64,000 nt of DNA from Vicugna vicugna (lineage: Eukaryota): contig MU058384.1 of assembly GCA_013265495.1 (NCBI GenBank), positions 4,770,792 to 4,834,791 on the forward strand, written 5' to 3'. The notes below the pieces were generated by a model. That model searched no databases. It saw only the letters and a program-made list of their open reading frames with translations, and was not told the DNA's origin. A program made the translations under genes and the position numbers. Below are positions 52,201-64,000 of the stretch, in pieces. The stretch's first letter is position 1, and every line of letters starts with the position of its first letter.

Positions 52201-52886
52201 GTATAAACGTGTAGCTTTCTTTTCACTGACTTTTGTCATGAATGGTATTCATTCAAACATATTACCATTATAGGAAAAGCAAATAAGAAATTAGATAATC
52301 ATAATATTAGATTACATGAAAATAATTAGATCATGCCACTTTAAGAGCTAGTTGCTGCACCTGCTTATAGTCTACAGCAAGTTAAGGATGATATCAGACT
52401 CAGATTAATCAGAGGTCACTGTCTGAACCCTGAAAGGCAGGTGTAAAAGTTAGTTAATAGTTAAATCAGCATAGGCTTGAGTCCCATAGTTACTTTAAAT
52501 GAAGGACTTATTTGCAAACCAAAAAGAAATAGCAACTAGCATAAGGAAGTCTTCCACCCACGTTTGATCTTTTGTTATTTTAGGTTATTGCATGAGGAAC
52601 ATAGTTAAAACATACCTGCCCTTTAATGTACAGTCATATGCACAGCAGTTCCCATAGTTTTTCATATTTTCTAGTGGAATTAAAACATAGTAATCCATGC
52701 TGTATATATAAAGAATTTTTAGTGATTTAAGGAGAATTGTTTTTTAATCTCTTTCAATGAAAACTGATATGGTAAAATTCAAACAACATCAGTCTGACCT
52801 ATTGTAATCGATCATTGATTTTTGTAAAGCTCCTACATTCCAGACCTGTAATAATAATACTATTTCTTTTTTCTTATTTTATTCAG

Positions 52887-53115
52887 TGATCCCACAACCC
52901 CCACTAATGAGAACAAATTTTCCTTTAACAAATGGATTTTTTGGCAGTGTATAAAATTCAGCTTACATTTTCATAGAAGTCTACACATCCACCACAACAG
53001 GTTGAAAGAAACTCCAGGCTGTCCTATCAGGATAATATCAGGCTTGGAACACTTTTGCCATTCACCTAAATTTTGTATAAATTACTAAGAATTAAAATAT
53101 CTTAGCGTGATTGGA
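52887..53115 (+). other. Candidate terminal exon: immediate TGA if joined to 49241, or V-IPQPPLMRTNFPLTNGFFGSV* (stop 52952-52954) if joined to 24544
   Basis: Strong pyrimidine tract tatttcttttttcttattttattcag|TGA, then repeat-poor sequence. ATTAAA at 53091-53096 is followed by U/GU-rich sequence. The 3' end is a guess. Confidence 0.45.
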
Positions 53116-54169
53116 AATTTAAATGTTGATTCATTATTCTTCATTGTTTTAAGACCACTTTAACAAGTCAATAATTCATTCATTCATTCTGCAGTTATAC
53201 TCCTTCTTAGTATTCTTAGGGCTTGATAATAAGTTTTTGTCTCGTAGTTCTCATTATTGGTAAACTTTGCTGTGTTTTAGAGTATTTTATTACTCTGAAA
53301 ATTTATTTGAGATGTTTGTATGTTGCTTACCTTTAACACTAAACTTATTCATAAATGTCCTGATATAAATGAAATTTTATTCCAAGACTCTTTTGAATTA
53401 TATGATTATGGATTATATGATATTCATTCTACAACATTTTGAACTGCTTTTCTTGTTAGGTTGTTATCATTGTTTAGCCCTAGTTTCACAAGATTGCTAC
53501 ATATTGCATTATTGCACATTAGCTTAATAGACTTTATACATATGTTTATGTAAAATATGTCTTTTACATTTTAACATAATACTTGGGGCAGCTTGTTTAT
53601 GGATAAGTACGTGATTTCAAGTGAAATGTCTTTGATCCAAAGGAAATACTTTATTTTTTCCAATCTATAGTATTTTCCAGGAATTCATAGTATGTAAATT
53701 GGGATGAATGTACCCCTATAAAACTCATAAAATAGAATCTGTGGCCAATCTCTTCCTGAAGGTAATTGCAGGGTGGAGAGGGAACTGATAAACTACAAGC
53801 TTTTATAACTTAAGTCATAAAAGAATCTGTTTTCACTTATCAAAGTAGCAATTCAAAGCAGTTCTATTGAAATTCAAATATAAATGCAAAATAGGTTCTC
53901 CTTTAAGACCTTGTGAGTTGTCCATGATGTAGCATTTTTCTTAAGTCTCTGCACATTAGTTTTTCTCCAGACATTGTAAATTATGAAATTTATGTTGATT
54001 TTTCCCATTAGCATACTCTGCTGACATTTGTTTTTCTTAGACTTTTTCCCCTAATTCTTTTTTGACTTTGCTAAATTTCTCTACCTGACAAAGTTGTGAC
54101 ATTCTGAAAGTGTCGTCTTATTGGAGGACTGTACCATAACAGTGGCATAATAGGAATTTATTTTCTAAA

Positions 54170-55370
54170 TCATCAGCAAACATTAAGTGTACAATGTCCA
54201 TAGGATAGTGCAACACCAAGTGCTGGTTAGCGTTGGGAGTGGTATGGGGAAAGTAGAAATGCAAAAAGTATAAAACGTGCTTTGTGTCTTTGACTAGCTC
54301 TTGGTCTAATTAGACAAGTAAACTGTAAATAGTTAAATCTCAATACATGAAGTAGATAAAAGTTCAGAGCAATATGGAACAGATGTCATGTCACCGAGGC
54401 AACTTGTGCTCAAGTGTAGGAATATGGGCCTTGAATGCTCTCGGGATTCCCAGGGCTAGAGTGGTCTGGGAAGGCTGTTTAGGGTATGAAGGTGCTCAAC
54501 TGGGTCATAAAGGAAAGATGGGATTTAAAAAGGTAAAAAAGAATATGAGAACAAATGTATGTATGTTCCTGTGTGACTGAAGTATTGTGCTCTACACCAG
54601 AAATTGGCACAACATTGTAAACTGACTGTACTCCAATAAAAGATATTTTTAAAAAAATTTTAATGAAAAAAAGAAAAAGGAATAGGATGTTCTAGACCAG
54701 AGTGACAGTGTGAACAAAGATCATAGGAGAAGGAAAGTGCACTCAGTTTATAGATGGGTAGACAGTTTGACTGGAGCAGAGTATTTCAGAACATGAGATA
54801 GATTAGAAATGGTAATCTGGGCATGATTTATAAAGATCAATGGATGTTAGGTAAAGAATTAAAACTTTATCAATATAAGCAACAGTAAGGCATTTGAGTG
54901 TGAGAATAATATGATCAAGGGGGTCATGTTTTTAAAAGTTTGGAATAAAAGCAGCTCATGAAATTGCAGGTGGGTAGAAACAGGAAGTAGGTAAGTGAGC
55001 TGTGAAGCTACTGTAATCCACATGCAAGGAGATAGGGTCTGAATGAGGAAGGGGTAGTGCAAATAAACAGAGGTAGGCTTACAAGAAAGATTTGAATACT
55101 AGAACTGATGATAGGGACTCAAAAGAAAGGAAGTAAATGATGATTCCAAGGCTGGAGGCATAAGTTCTGAGAGAATGATGACCCTGTTAATGGATTTGGA
55201 AAAAAGGAATGAAGGCTGATTTTTAGAGAATAATGGATTCACTTTTACACATGTAAAATTTCAGGTAAGCAGAAGTCATGAACAAGTAGAAATGTTCAGT
55301 AGAGAACTGAGATTATAGGACTTGGATCTCAGAAAAGAGGATGAGTTTGAAGATCTAAATTTGTTGTGCT
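54170..55370 (-). mobile_element. L2 LINE fragments
   Basis: gaagctactgtaatccacatgcaagg, aatgatgattccaagg, agtagaaatgttcagtagagaactgaga. Confidence 0.65.
54534..54672 (+). mobile_element. Camelid-type L1 3' end inserted in an L2
   Basis: gaatatgagaacaaatgtatgtatgttcctgtgtgactgaag...tacaccagaaattggcacaacattgtaaactgactgtactccaataaaa plus an A-rich tail; AAAAAGG on both flanks. Confidence 0.85.
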
Positions 55371-55384
55371 TGATAGAGCCACAT

Positions 55385-55495
55385 CATACAGCTTTGCGCT
55401 TCGGTTTTCCTCGTCTGTAAGTGGGAATACTAATACCTGCCTCACGGATTGTTGTGAGGAATAAATGTGTTAAGAAACATTCCACTCAATATGTT
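55385..55495 (+). mobile_element. MIR core
   Basis: cggttttcctcgtctgtaagtgggaatactaatacctgcctcacggattgttgtgaggaataaatg. Confidence 0.85.
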
Positions 55496-55859
55496 TCTGT
55501 TTACCAGATACTGAATATTGTTTAATCATGAGAGATGGCCAGATAAGACAGAACATATCCCAAGCCTGATGTCAAGAGTCAAAGGGAGGACCCTGGGGTC
55601 CCAGCCAGGGCAGGGACATCAGGAAAAGGGAATTGGATGCAGGTTGGCACAGCAGCTTGCCTGTGTCTCAACCAACCTTCTTTCTTTTTCTCTTTAATTT
55701 TTTAAAGTTTGTTCTATTATGTATTTATTTGTTGTGTATTGTGGCTCTCACCTGGAGTTGATGCAGAAGTCCAGTTACCCCAGGACAGCAGGCATATAAA
55801 CTGAGACTGTCTTGGGTAATCCTAAGTGTGTGATCACCTCATTCATCTGTTCTGTAAGT

Positions 55860-56410
55860 CATGGCAGCCAGAGTTGTCTTTTTCAAATGTGAGTCAGAAT
55901 GGGTTATGCTTCTGCTTATTAGCACTCTTCAGTAACTTCTCCTTACTTATAGAATAAAACCCAAACCCTTTCCTGGGCCTACGGGGCCTTGCATGATCTG
56001 TTCTCTCCCTGACTCTTCAGCATCACCTTATCATGCTCTCTGCTTGAACACAGCCAGCCTTTCTCCCACTCACCCATTGGCCTTGAACATTTGGTCTCTC
56101 TGTCAGGAATATACACATCCTTTTTCATAACAGGCTTTTTCTGTAAATCCCAGTAAATGTCAGCTTTTCAGAGGATCTTCCTTTACCACTCTATCGGACA
56201 TAGATACTCCCCACTTGATCTTTTTTATTGCACTTTTTTTCCTTCTTAATGCTTATCCCAATTTGGTATTTTTTTGTTTAGTTGTTTTCTTGTTTATCTT
56301 TTGTCTTCCTCAGTAGGCTGGATATAAGTTCCATGAAAGTAGGACTCACACCTGCTTTCTTCACCATTTCTTATAGACTGTCGGTAGATACAGCTTAAGT
56401 AAATAAATGA
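55860..56410 (+). mobile_element. L2 3' fragment
   Basis: gcagccagagttgtctttttcaaatgtgagtcaga, tagaataaaacccaaaccctt, atataagttccatgaaagtaggac. Confidence 0.7.
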
Positions 56411-58869
56411 TTACAGGCTGAAACTATAGAAATAAATAAGCTCAAGGAGCTAGGCTGGACTTCAGAGATGTCCATATTCAGAAGGTTGGAAAAAAGAGCC
56501 ATCACAGAAGACAGAGAAGAGAGACACAGGAAATCAAGAACAGTGTCAGATCTTGGAAGCCAGGCAGATCTAAATGGAGGGAATTTTTGTGCTGTCATAG
56601 GTAGCCAGAAACATTTGGGAGAATGGTGCAGGGCCCTAGAAAGGAAGCTAGATGGTTGCATTAGGAGGCATGGTGAACTGGAAGCAATTCAAGGAAACCT
56701 GTCATGAGAAGAGGATGGAAAATAGAACAGCAGTTAACTTAGCCTTGAGTGCATGTTGCTGAATTACTTCACAAAAGAAAGTAGTGTTTTTTTCTTAAAA
56801 AAAAAGAAAAGTTGTGGTTTGCCAAAAGGGCTGCCATGAGTTGAACCTATATAGAATGTGAAGTAAATGTTTCTTTTCTCATGTTCAAAAGTAAAAAATT
56901 AATTTTTAATATTTATTCAACATTATTACATTCAAAACATATCTCAGGTGGAAGGAAAAATCCAACAACATAAATGGGGAGAAAGATGCAGATTGTATTG
57001 TAGCATTTGATAAAGAAGTAGAGGAGAGCAGTTATAGCAAGGTTCCTTACTAAGTACTTAAAACTTTTCTAGTTGGTAAAATGAAGAAGGTTGAAGAAGT
57101 TGATTTTTTAGGTCTGTTTTTGGAATTAAAGTTCTATGAATCTTTTTCATCTTCTCTTACTCCAGGATAACATCCTAAAGCAGAATAACTAAGCAGATCT
57201 CTGATAGTCGTCTCTTGAATGCTCACTCATCATTTCTCTCATTCTTACTATTCTGAGGATTCAGTTAGAATTCACCCATATGTTATACACATGGCAGTTA
57301 TGTCCACCAGGTTAAGTAACAAATGCCCATCACCACCATTGCTATTGGAAATTTCATGCTGCTTAATTAGTAGACTTAGGTTAGTTGCCTTCAGTAGATC
57401 AAAAACTAAGTCCTTTCACTCCAGGACCAAATCTCTCCACCTTTGTAAGCCCAGTGCTTGGTGAAATGATGCCTAGCAGTAGAATATGGTGTCCAGATGG
57501 CTGTTTAATTTAGCCAGCAGGGGTTAGAGGGCATATGCAGTACAGTGGGAAGGCGGGGGGCACCCACTGGTCAGGCTGCCTAGGGTTCTATTGAAAGAGC
57601 ACCCAGCAATCTCTTTTGTCCATTTCAAACTCTTTCACTATCTTTCCTAACACAAGAAATGGCATGTTCAGTTTACACAAACTGGTAAAACTTGAGGAAT
57701 AGATTAATCAAACTATGAATTAAGAACAACTCAAAAGTACGCAAATACTCTAAAATGTATTTTAGTGCATCTAAAAGCATTAAACTAAAATTAAAATTTT
57801 AGACTCTAGCTGAAGTACTGTCTTAGTTAATAGTAAGATGCCTAGAAGTATGAACACATGGTTCCCATGAGACCTTACTCCAGAGGAATTATTTTGGTCA
57901 TTTTTCTCCTGCAAGCAACAAAAAAAGCAAGTGCTGGAAGGGAGTCTGCTTCCTCAGGACCTTAAAATGGGAAGATAGGAGCCAGAAGGCAGGAGCTCTG
58001 TTACACCATAAAGGGGAGGCGGTGATATGCCCCACCCAAAACACTTAACTTCGCCCTGACTTGTTTCTTTGGAGTAGTACTTACTGTCATTGTAAGTATA
58101 GTCTGTGTTTCTCTGATGTATATTAGCTCATGTGCAATTGATAAATAAATAATGTCAATAAGATTGCAGAGTATTTCTTCCTGCATGTTACAAGTTTTAA
58201 AGTCATCAGAGGCTTTCACATAATCAAATGGAAAGACTGAGCAATTTTATAGTAAAGCTGAAATGCCTTTTGCTAGTGGCTAGTTTAGTAGCATTGGTAA
58301 CTGCTAGTACCTATGAAAAAGGTGCAAAGACATTTCCCCTAATTTAAAAAAAAATTGTTTTGTTTGATTGATGGAGAAATCTAAAACCAGTTGGATTTTC
58401 CATTTTGATAAACTGGTCTCTGTTGAAAGTAAATTCTTTCATGGACCTGACTTAACAGTAATGCTGGGTACAGATGCCAGCAAAGATTTAATACCACCTT
58501 AGTACTTTGACTAGGACTGTTTGTTTCTATCAGTGCCCTACTTACAAGTTCCGCAGATTTTTTAAGTAGTCTGCAACAACTGCATTTTTTCCATAAGCCT
58601 CGTTCTACAGAATGTAAAGCCTTATATCAGAAAGGCCTGTAAAAAATTACAGAATTTTGTCGCCCCTAATAAAATGTATATACCACCAAAAGGGGAGTTT
58701 TCCATGTTCTTCAGTGCTACAATCTGAGAACTGTCCAACGTATTGGACATAACACTACTAGCTATTATTATATTACTGATACTCACAATGATCCTGAATC
58801 TCCAAGAACAAGTTAATCAATAATTAGATCAAACTATTATTTAACTTTGTTATGAACATCAGTGATATG

Positions 58870-59040
58870 TATCTGTTGAATACTTACTCTGTTACCATTG
58901 TGTCTTTATGTCTACCTTTTTTCCATCTGCGTGATTCTTAGGTATTATTAGCCCATTTTATAAATTATGATACTGAGGCATGGAAAAATTAAGAAGCTTG
59001 CTTAGGATTACACAGATAGTAAATATAGAGCCAGGAAATT
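58870..59040 (-). mobile_element. MIR SINE
   Basis: attattagcccattttataaattatgatactgaggcatggaaaaattaagaagcttgcttaggattacacagatagtaaat. Confidence 0.75.
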
Positions 59041-59249
59041 GTTTTCTTTTTTATTAACACGTTACTTAAGAGCATCTGGAGTTCTTGATATTTGCATCAT
59101 GACTTTCTCAAAGGCTGCATTATATGCGAATAATGGGATGTTGTGATAAAGCATTGTAACATTTCTAATTTCTACACATTTTTAGCATTCAGCTTCAGCA
59201 TATGAGAAGGATGTGTCACTGGTTACTGAAGGAAAAGTTCCATTACTTG

Positions 59250-60060
59250 TGGATATGTTCTTTCTTGGAAAACAAAAACTGTTTCTACCTTAGAAACACT
59301 TTCATTAATTACTCAAGATAATTAATATCTTGGTTCTACTCTGCTTCTAGATCATTATAGAACAAATCAGATTCCTCTTCTCTAAACACAGCTCTTGAGA
59401 TGCTTGAGAGTGTCTGTTTCATGAATAAATTTTATAATGTCCCTTATTGTCTTTATTCGAAACATTAGGAAAATATTGATCTTCTCTTTTTTAGGCTAAA
59501 TATATCCATTTTCTTCTACTTAACCTTGAGTTATAATGATACCATCCAGTTTGTTCACATTCTTTAGGAAAGTGCCATCCAGAATTGGACTTACTGTTCT
59601 AATTGTGATATGAAAAATAGTGGTATTATTGGTTTCTGTAATCTGGATACTGTGTTTGATACTGAATCATGACCTACCATAACTCCGTATGTTTTAAAGG
59701 TGTACCATCAAGACCTATTCCCTTATTTACATATTTGTGCCTCAGTATCCTCATCTCTAGAATGGAGATAATAATAGTACCTACCTCATTAGTGTCGTTG
59801 ATTCAAGTAGTAAGTACAGTGTCTAGCACATAGTAATCTCTCAACCCTAAATGCAGAGTTGTCTACGTACCTATCTTGAATTTCTTCAGTTTATTTTTGA
59901 CTCTCTATTCTCCTGCCTGTCAAGATTCTTTTGAATTTTTATTTTTTTTAGCCATGGTGGTAGCTCACTCCTGAACTCTGTAGCATGAATAAATTTTATA
60001 ATGTCCCTTATTGTCTTTACTCGAAACATTAGGAAAATATTGAACAGTTAATGAAATCAA
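59250..60060 (-). mobile_element. L3/CR1 LINE remnant with a nested + strand MIR (about 59735-59845)
   Basis: Antisense CR1-like motifs tcttctcttttttaggctaaa, tccagtttgttcacattcttt...ccagaattg, aaaatattgaacag. MIR core gcctcagtatcctcatctctagaatggagataataatagtacctacctca. Confidence 0.6.
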
Positions 60061-60974
60061 AATGGCAACAATGTCTTTACCTTTGGCAGTTTACGTTTTT
60101 ATTTATAAGTCATTTTGTTTGGGGGATGTTAATGTTTGAAAGCAATTTCAGTGTTGCATTACATTGTCCTTAACAGAGCATTTACTTGCATGTCTTTCAA
60201 AAAAAGATTTGGCAATCACTTGAAATTTTCCTTTCAATTAGTATAGAATTTGATTCCTTCAAGGAAGCATTAAATAAAGACAATAGCAGAAACCAGAACT
60301 TGAGTTGATCATGCCATAAAATGAAATAATTATTTAGAAAAGAAAAATTTCATACTCATCATTTTATGGAGTATTATTTTCTATTTTGGGAAATTTTAAT
60401 TAAATAATATCAAGTTATGCTTTGTTTTTCCTGCCTAGGTGGACATTTGCCATCTGCCATTACTAATGTTCCATAGATTCATTTTTGACCTTGATAAACA
60501 TGTATGAGTTCACCAGGTTTCTTCTTACTGGGATGCCCTTTGTCCTGCCATCATCTCAGTGTCCCCAGAGATCAGTGTTTGGCAGAGATGACAGCGCTAT
60601 CCCTAATCATAACACAGACACCTCTTGGTGTAACCACATTATTGGATCACACATTTGTTTAACACGTAAGATAAATCCCTACAGGAAGTGAAACTTCTTG
60701 TTTTGTGTTTTTAGTGAAACTTAATAAAGTTTTCATGTCACCATATCTCTGCCTGGTAATATCTTACGGCACCATGAGCAAACTTCTCTGGGGGCACTTT
60801 TTGGATTCAAAGCTTATTTAGCCAAACCTAGAAATAAGTATTCTTTTCAGAAATGGAATTGGAGTTAGTAGACCTATATCTTGTTTGGGAAATACAATCA
60901 TGTTTACAGTTCTACAGGAAAATTGTACTATAAAACACCATTCCTTTTTTGATAAAGAGCTTTAGGAATTGAGT

Positions 60975-61140
60975 AATAACAATTATACCTAATATTTATT
61001 GGGCATTTACTGTGTACCAGGCACTGTGCAAAGTGTTTTTTGTAGGTTATCTCACAAATGTCATAATTCTATAAGATAAAAGTATTTTTATTATTATCAT
61101 CATTTGCCAGTAGGGAAACTGAAACATAAAAAGGACATTA
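60975..61140 (-). mobile_element. MIR SINE
   Basis: ctaatatttattgggcatttactgtgtaccaggcactgtgcaaagtg...gggaaactgaaac. Confidence 0.75.
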
Positions 61141-62519
61141 AGAATCTTCTAGAAACATTAAAATTGAATGTGTTAATGCATTATGGTAGATGAGCCAAAA
61201 ATATTAGCTCCTTAAAAGAAGAGTTAGTTTATGTGATTAAACCATTAAACTCCAGTGTCATTCAGTGGCACAAGGCAGATTCTGTGGAAAATGGGAGCAG
61301 TTCAGTTAATACTAACAGCAGTTAACACATAAAAAGAATTTTCAGTTTTGAAAGCCCTGCTCCACAGTGTATATTATCTCAGTCTGATCTTTGTGTCATC
61401 ACTGTAAGTTGTAATGGCATTAGGCAGGGGATGGAAATGAAGAGAGTGGAAAGCTGAGCACTACTGGAAAGACTGACAGAATGACAGCTAAGACGGATCA
61501 TGAAGGCCTTGACTTGAGGACAGGACAGAACCAAATACAGATTCCTCCCTCTTAATAATCTACCGTGGAAGTGATTAAGAAAGCCAATTTTAAAATTTTT
61601 TCTTGGAAAGCACCCCATCCATCCACCCACCAAGAAATTTCAATCAGTTATGATTTGAGGTTAGCGGGCAGAGTCTTAGATTCCCTCAGAATAGTGGCCC
61701 TGAAGTTCTCATAGCTGTGGGGTGGGTTAAAGACACATGAGTAGCAGACAGTAGTCTGGATGTGAGAAGGGGATCTTGGGGTTTGGTGGAAAGAAAGGGG
61801 CCCAGAAGCTGTGGTTTTTCTAGTACACTGGCAGAGTCACCTGTGACCTTGAGAAAGGAAATTACAAACACCTGCTACACATTAAACTCTGCTACCCACA
61901 TGCCGCAGACGGCTGTTTGAAGAACGGGACTAAGAGCAGGAATATAAAGGTAATTGTGAGTATCACTCAAGAATGAGGTGATGGGGCTCTTGTCCCTTCC
62001 GTGAGACCTACTTATAAAACTCATTGTACACACTTAAGTTGCAGCTGGTGTCTAAGTGTGAATGATTCCTCTTCTGTTTCTAATCTTAGTTATTCTTTTC
62101 TTTCTCCATTTCTACTATAAAAATCTTTATAATGAACACTTAGGCTGTTAACCATTCGGTAACCAAAGATCCTGAAAATTAGTACAGCTCAATAAAATGC
62201 CTATCTTCCCTGGGACTTATTTTGAGCCTTTCTGCTTTAATCTTCTGTCACTTGTACTACGAGCTAGCTGCTTAGTTCTTACCAACAAAACCTTGGTTAT
62301 ATATTGTTTATCTATATCTCTTATGTCACACATACACACTTTCTTCCTCTGTTATGTGTCTACAGTGTTATCTCTTTTATCCATTTCCATAGCCAGAATC
62401 AAGGCTCTCCTCTCTGACACGGAGAGCTGTTGTCTCCATCTCTGCGTTTTGGCTTGTATCTGTTCCTTTGTTTATCGTGACTAACTTCACCTTCCATAAC
62501 CATAATTTCTATGATGTTC

Positions 62520-63890
62520 TTTTTTTTATAACAGCTTTATTTGAATATAATGCACATAGCAAAAAATTTACCTTTTAAAGACTACAATTCATTGGGTTTT
62601 AGTATATTCACAGTTTTGCACCCATCACCAGTATCTAATTTTAAAACATTCACCAAAAAAACCCTACACTCAGTAGTAAGTCACCCACCTCCCTCCACTG
62701 GCTTCTCTCCCTAGCCCCTGGCAAATACTAATCTACTTTCTACCTCTCTGGGTTTGCCTGTTGTGGACATTTAATATAAATGCAGTTGTATCATACATGA
62801 CCTTTTGTATCTGACTTCTTTCACTTTGCATGTAAAAAGTTCATCCATGTCATGCATCAGAATTTCATTATTTTCTTTGGCTGAATAATATTCTATTATA
62901 TGGACAGCCCACATTTTATTTATCTTTTAATTCACTGATGAACATTTGAGTGCTTCCATTTTTAGCTATTATGAATAATGCTATATGAACATTTACATAT
63001 AGGTTTTTGTGTGAACATGGGTTTTCAATTCTCTTGGGTATATATTTAGTAGTGAAATTGCTGCATCATATGGTAACTCTGTTTAACATTTTGAGGAACT
63101 GCTGAAATGTTCTCTAAAGTACCTGAACCATTTTACAATCCAATCAGCCAACTCTGAGGGTTTCAGTTTCTTCACATCCTCACCAACACTTGTTACTGTC
63201 TTTTTTATTATAGCCATATTATTGGGTAGGAAGTGGTATCTCCTGATTTTGATTTGCATTTCCTTAATGATTAAAGATGTGAGCATTTTTTGAAGTGCTA
63301 TTTGTATATCTTCTTTGAATAATTTATTCACATCCTTTGGCCATTTTCTGATTGGGCACATTATAATTTTGTTTACTATATAATTATATAAGTTAGATAT
63401 ATTTTTTGAATGTTATATTTATGTATGTATATATGGGATTCAGAGCTTATTATACCAAATGTAGAAATACATTTTTGTTTTTAGAAATGGAGTTGAAGTT
63501 AGCAGATTTACATTTAATTTGGAAAATAGGAACACATTTATAGTCGTGGCTGTCCTGCAGAAATTTTTTTTTTTATAAAACACCAGTCCTCTATGATAAC
63601 TCAGGGAACTTTAGGAGTTAAATAATAATAATTACACCTGACACATACTGTGTACCTACCATGTGCAGGTATATAGTATATAAATATATATTATATAAAA
63701 ATCATTGTATAATTATGTAAATTATATATGAGTATAAATGTATCTATATCATATTTATATGACCTATATCATATCTAATTGAATTTTTCTTATTATTGAC
63801 TTATAAGTGTTCTTTGTATACTCTGGATACAAGTCTTGTATCAGATGTTTGATTTGTAGATATTTTCTGCCTTTCTGTAGACTGTCTTTT
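62520..63890 (-). mobile_element. L1 (L1MA/MB-type) 3' portion, interrupted at about 63361-63780
   Basis: ataacagctttatt, ccctagcccctggcaaatactaatctactttc, cacatcctcaccaacacttg. ORF 63083..63361(-) is ORF2 C-terminus-like (IIKEMQIKIRRYH). The L1 resumes at tgttctttgtatactctggatacaagtc. Confidence 0.85.
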
Positions 63891-63894
63891 TCTC

Positions 63895-64000
63895 TTTTTT
63901 TTTAATTATAGTCAATTTACAATTTGGTATTAATTTCTTGTGTACAGCATAGTGATTCATTTATATATATATGCCTAAATATATATATTCCTTTTCATGT
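63895..64000 (-). mobile_element. Camelid/artiodactyl-type L1 3' end, cut by the window edge
   Basis: Poly-T followed by aattatagtcaatttacaat...tgtacagcatagtgattca. Confidence 0.75.

Noticed and set aside
1..64000. A novel multi-gene system (defence island, operon, endogenous viral or organellar insert)
   Set aside because: No long ORFs, no gag/pol/env or mitochondrial-like segment and no compositional island were seen. The window reads as introns of one gene plus common mammalian repeats.

Overview
AT-rich, repeat-dense mammalian genomic DNA, very probably camelid: it carries tRNA-Ala-derived Vic-1-type SINEs and camelid-type L1 3' ends. The window lies inside a large + strand spliced gene that I could not name with confidence. 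Four GT-AG coding exons (7457-7650, 11423-11449, 24427-24544, 49186-49241) join in one open frame: [132 protein letters not shown] candidate terminal exon starts at 52887. The rest is intron or flank filled with L1, L2, L3/CR1, MIR, solo LTRs, a MER3-like element and micro/minisatellites. Almost all ORFs in the supplied track look like noise. I found no prokaryotic, CRISPR or RNA-gene features and no convincing novel multi-gene system. The best leads are splicing architecture (a microexon and a frame-switching exon giving two C-termini), a locally triplicated unannotated module, and several unusual insertion or repair scars. Repeat family names come from recalled consensus motifs, not a database search, and boundaries of old repeats are approximate.
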